In this document: positions 59,401-64,000 of the stretch, piece by piece
Layout of the letters: every line of letters starts with the position of its first letter
Numbering within the stretch: position 1 is the first letter of the stretch
Assembly: GCA_964016885.1 (NCBI GenBank)
Contig: OZ024744.1
Span: forward strand, 122,698,001 to 122,762,000
Origin: Eledone cirrhosa
Lineage: Eukaryota
Reading direction: 5' to 3'
Length of the DNA stretch: 64,000 nucleotides
The notes under the pieces: generated by a model
The model's input: the letters and a program-made list of their open reading frames with translations, nothing else
Database searches by the model: none
What the model was told of the DNA's origin: nothing
Program-made: the position numbers and the translations under genes

Positions 59401-62400
59401 CAACAGTAACAACAACAACAGTAACAACAACAGTAACAACAACAGTAACAACAACAGTAACAACAACAGTAACAAGAACAGTAACAACAACAGTAACAAC
59501 AACAATAGGAACAACAACAGTAACAACAACAACAGTAACAACAACAGTAACAACAACAGTAACAACAACAGTAACAACAACAGTGACAACAATAGTAACA
59601 ACAACAATAGTAAAAACAACAGTAACAACAACAACAGTAACAACAACAGTAACAATAACAACAGTAACAACAACAGTAACAACAACAGTAACAACAACAA
59701 CAGTAACAACAACAGTAACAACAACAGTAACATCGACAACAGTAACAACAACAACAGTAACAACAACAGTAACAACAACAGTAACAACAACAGTAACAAC
59801 AACAGTAACAACAATAGTAACAACAACAGTAACAACAACAGTAACAACAACAGTAACAACAACAACAGTAACGACAGCAGTAACAGCAACAGTAACAACA
59901 ACAGTAACAACAACAACAGTAACAACAACAGTAACAACAACAGTAACAACAACAGTAACAACAACAGTAACAACAACAGTAACAACAACAACAGTAACAA
60001 CAACAACAGTAACAACAACAGTAACAACAACAGTAACAACAACAGTAACAACAACAGTAACAACAACAGTAACAACAGTAACAACAACAGTAACAACAAC
60101 AGTAACAACAACAGTAACAAAACAGTAACAACAACAGTAACAACAACAGTAACAACAACAGTAACAACAGTAACAACAACAGTAACAACAACAGTAACAA
60201 CAACAGTAACAACAACAGTAACAACAACAGTAACGACAACAGTAACAACAACAACAGTAACAACAACAGTAACAACAACAGAAACAACAGTAACAACAAC
60301 AGTAACAACAACAACAGTAACAACAACAGTAACAACAACAGTAACAACAACAGTAACAACAACAACAGTAACAACAACAACAGTAACAACAACAGTAACA
60401 ACAACAGTAACAACAACAGTAACAACAACAACAGTAACAACAACAGCAGTAACAACAACAGTAACAACAATAGTAACAACAACAACAGTAACAACGACAG
60501 TGACAACAACAGTAACAACAACAGTAACAACAACAGTAACAACAACAGTAACAACAACAGTAACAACAACAATAGTAACAACAACAGTAACAACAACAAC
60601 AGTAACAACAACAGTAACAACAACAGTAACAACAACAGTAACAACAACAGTAACAACAACAGTGACAACAATAGTAACAACAACAATAGTAAACACAACA
60701 GTAACAACAACAACAGTAACAACAATAGTAACAACAACAGTAACAATAACAACAGTAACAACAACAGTAACAACAACAGTAACAACAGCAGTAACAACAA
60801 CAGTAACAACAACATTAACAACAACAGTAACAACAACATTAACAACAACAACAGTAACAACAACAGTAACAACAACAGTAACAACAACAACAGTAACAAC
60901 AACAGTAACAACAACAGTAACAACAACAACAGTAACAACAACAGTAACAACAACAACAGTAACAACAAGAGTAACAACAAGAGTAACAACAACAGTAACA
61001 ACAACAACAGTAACAACAACAGTAACAACAGTAACAACAACAGTAACAACATCAGTAACAACAACAGTAACAACAACAACAGTAACAACAACAGTAACAA
61101 CAACAGTAACAACAACAGTAACAACAACAGTAACAACAACAACAGTAACAACAACAATAACAACAACAGTAACAACAACATTAACAACAACAACAGTAAC
61201 AACAACAGTAACAACAACAGTAACAACAACATTAACAACAACAATAGTAACAACAACAGTAACAACAACAGTAACAACAACATTAACAACAACAACAGTA
61301 ACAACAACAGTAACAACAACAGTAACAACAACAACAGTAACAACAACAGTAACAACAACATTAACAACAACAACAGTAACAACAACAGTAACAACAACAG
61401 TAACAACAACATTAACAACAACAACAGTAACAACAACAGTAACAACAACAGTAACAACAATAGTAACAACAACAGTAACAACAACAATAACAACAACAGT
61501 AACAACAACAGTAACAACAGCAGTAACAACAGCAGTAACAACAGCAGTAACAACAACAGTAACAACAACAGTAACAACAACAGTAACAACAACAACAGTA
61601 ACAACGACAGTAACAACAACAGTAACAACAACAGTAACAACAACAGTAACAACAACAACAATAACAACAACAGTAACAACAACAGTAACAACAACAACAG
61701 TAACAACAACAACAGTAACAACAACAGTAACAACAACAGTACCAACAACAACAGTAACAACAACAGTAACAACAGTAACAACAACAGTAAAAACAACAGT
61801 AACAACAACAACAGTAACAACAACAACAGTAACAACAACAACAGTAACAACAACAGTAACAACAACAAGAGTAACAACAACAGTAACAACAACAGTAACA
61901 ACAACAGTAACAACAACAGTAACAACAACAACAGTAACAACAACAGTAACAACAGTAACAACAACAGTAACAACAAGAACAGTAACAACAACAGTAACAA
62001 TAACAGTAACAACAACAGTAACAACAACAGTAACAACAACAGTAACAACAAAAGTAACAACAACAGTAACAACAACAGTAACAACAACAACAGTAACAAC
62101 AACAGTAACAACAACAGTAACAACAACAACAGTAACAACAGCAGTAACAACAACAGTAACAACAACAACAGTAACAACAACAGTAACAACAACAGTAACA
62201 ACAACAACAACAGTAACAACAACAGTAACAACAACAGTAACAACAACAATAACAACAACAACAGTAACAACAACAGTAACAACAACAGTAACAACAACAA
62301 TAACAACAACAGTAAAAACAACAATAACAACAACAGTAACAACAACAGTAACAACAACAGTAACAACAACAGTAACAACAACAGTAACAACAACAACAGT

Positions 62401-63997
62401 AACAACAACAGTAACAACAACAGTAACAACAACAGTAACAACAACAACAGTAACAACAACAGTAACAACAGTAACAACAACAGTAACAACAAGAACAGTA
62501 ACAACAACAGTAACAATAACAGTAACAACAACAGTAACAACAACAGTAACAACAACAGTAACAACAAAAGTAACAACAACAGTAACAACAACAGTAACAA
62601 CAACAACAGTAACAACAACAGTAACAACAACAGTAACAACAACAACAGTAACAACAGCAGTAACAACAACAGTAACAACAACAACAGTAACAACAACAGT
62701 AACAACAACAGTAACAACAACAACAACAGTAACAACAACAGTAACAACAACAGTAACAACAACAATAACAACAACAACAGTAACAACAACAGTAACAACA
62801 ACAGTAACAACAACAATAACAACAACAGTAAAAACAACAATAACAACAACAGTAACAACAACAGTAACAACAACAGTAACAACAACAGTAACAACAACAG
62901 TAACAACAACAACAGTAACAACAACAGTAACAACAACAGTAACAACAACAACAGTAACAACAACAGTAACAACAACAGTAACAACAACAGTAACAACAAC
63001 AGTAACAACAACAACAGTAACAACAACAGTAACAACAACAACAGTAACAACAACAGTAACAACAACAGTAACAACAACAACAGTAACAACAACAGTAACA
63101 ACAACAGTAACAACAACAGTAACAACAACAACAACAGTAACAACAACAGTAACAACAACAGTAACAACAACAAGAACAACAACAGTAACAACAACAGTAA
63201 CAACAACAGTAACAACAACAGTAACAACAACAGTAACAACAACAGTAACAACAACAACAACAGTAACAACAACAGTAACAACAACAGTAACAACAACAGT
63301 AACAACAACAATAACAGTAACAACAACAGTAACAACAACAACAGTAACAACAACAGTAACAACAACAGTAACAACAACAGCAGTAACAACAACAGTAACA
63401 ACAACAGTACAACAACAGTAACAACAACAGTAACAACAGCAGTAACAACAACAGTAACAACAACAGTAAGAACAACAGTAACAACAACAGTAACAACAAC
63501 AACAACAGTAACAACAACAGTAACAACAACAGTAACAACAACAACAGTAACAACAACAGTAACAACAACAGTAACAACAACTGTAACAACAACAACAGTA
63601 ACAACAACAGTAACAACAACAACAGTAACAACAACAATAACAACAACAGTAACAACAACAGCAGTAACAACAACAGTAACAACAACAGTACAACAACAGT
63701 AACAACAACAGTAACAACAGCAGTAACAACAACAGTAACAACAACAGTAACAACAACAGTAAGAACAACAGTAACAACAACAACAGTAACAACAACAGTA
63801 ACAACAACAGTAACAACAACAGTAACAACAACAGTAACAACAACAACAGTAACAACAACAGTAACAACAACAGTAACAACAACAGCAGTAACAACAACAG
63901 TAACAACAACAGTAACAACAACAGTAACAACAACAACAGTAACAACAACAGTAACAACAACAGTAACAACAACAGTAAATACAACAACAGTAACAAC
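32437..63997. repeat. ~31.5 kb satellite of (AAC)3AGT 12-mers and (AAC)4AGT 15-mers with higher-order duplications
   Basis: Continuous array with no inserted element. Rare variants recur at fixed spacings (e.g. GTCACAACAAGAG at 48588 and 54834). Confidence 0.97.
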
Positions 63998-64000
63998 TTC

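Noticed and set aside
32394-63996. Poly-Leu, poly-Val and Cys-rich ORFs of thousands of residues
   Set aside because: Frames of the (AAC)nAGT satellite.

Overview
Eukaryotic, repeat-dominated window, most likely from a coleoid cephalopod (inferred from the SINE/RTE families and extreme (TA)n content; not verified). The only host coding sequence is the first coding exon of a nucleoredoxin-like gene (30928-31419, minus strand). Positions 1-30927 are therefore probably one very large intron. That region is packed with retroelements sitting in (TA)n or (GATA)n microsatellites: a young but frameshifted LTR retrotransposon (11303-15763), tRNA-head SINEs with partner RTE LINE 3' ends, a CR1 fragment, Penelope-like GIY-YIG fragments with hammerhead ribozyme motifs, a cluster of L1/Tx1-like 3' ends, several small hairpin elements (one present as two flip-flop isomers) and a 39-50 bp minisatellite. 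The right half (32437-63997) is a single ~31.5 kb (AAC)3-4AGT satellite with higher-order duplications. Most long ORFs in the supplied track are simple-repeat artefacts.
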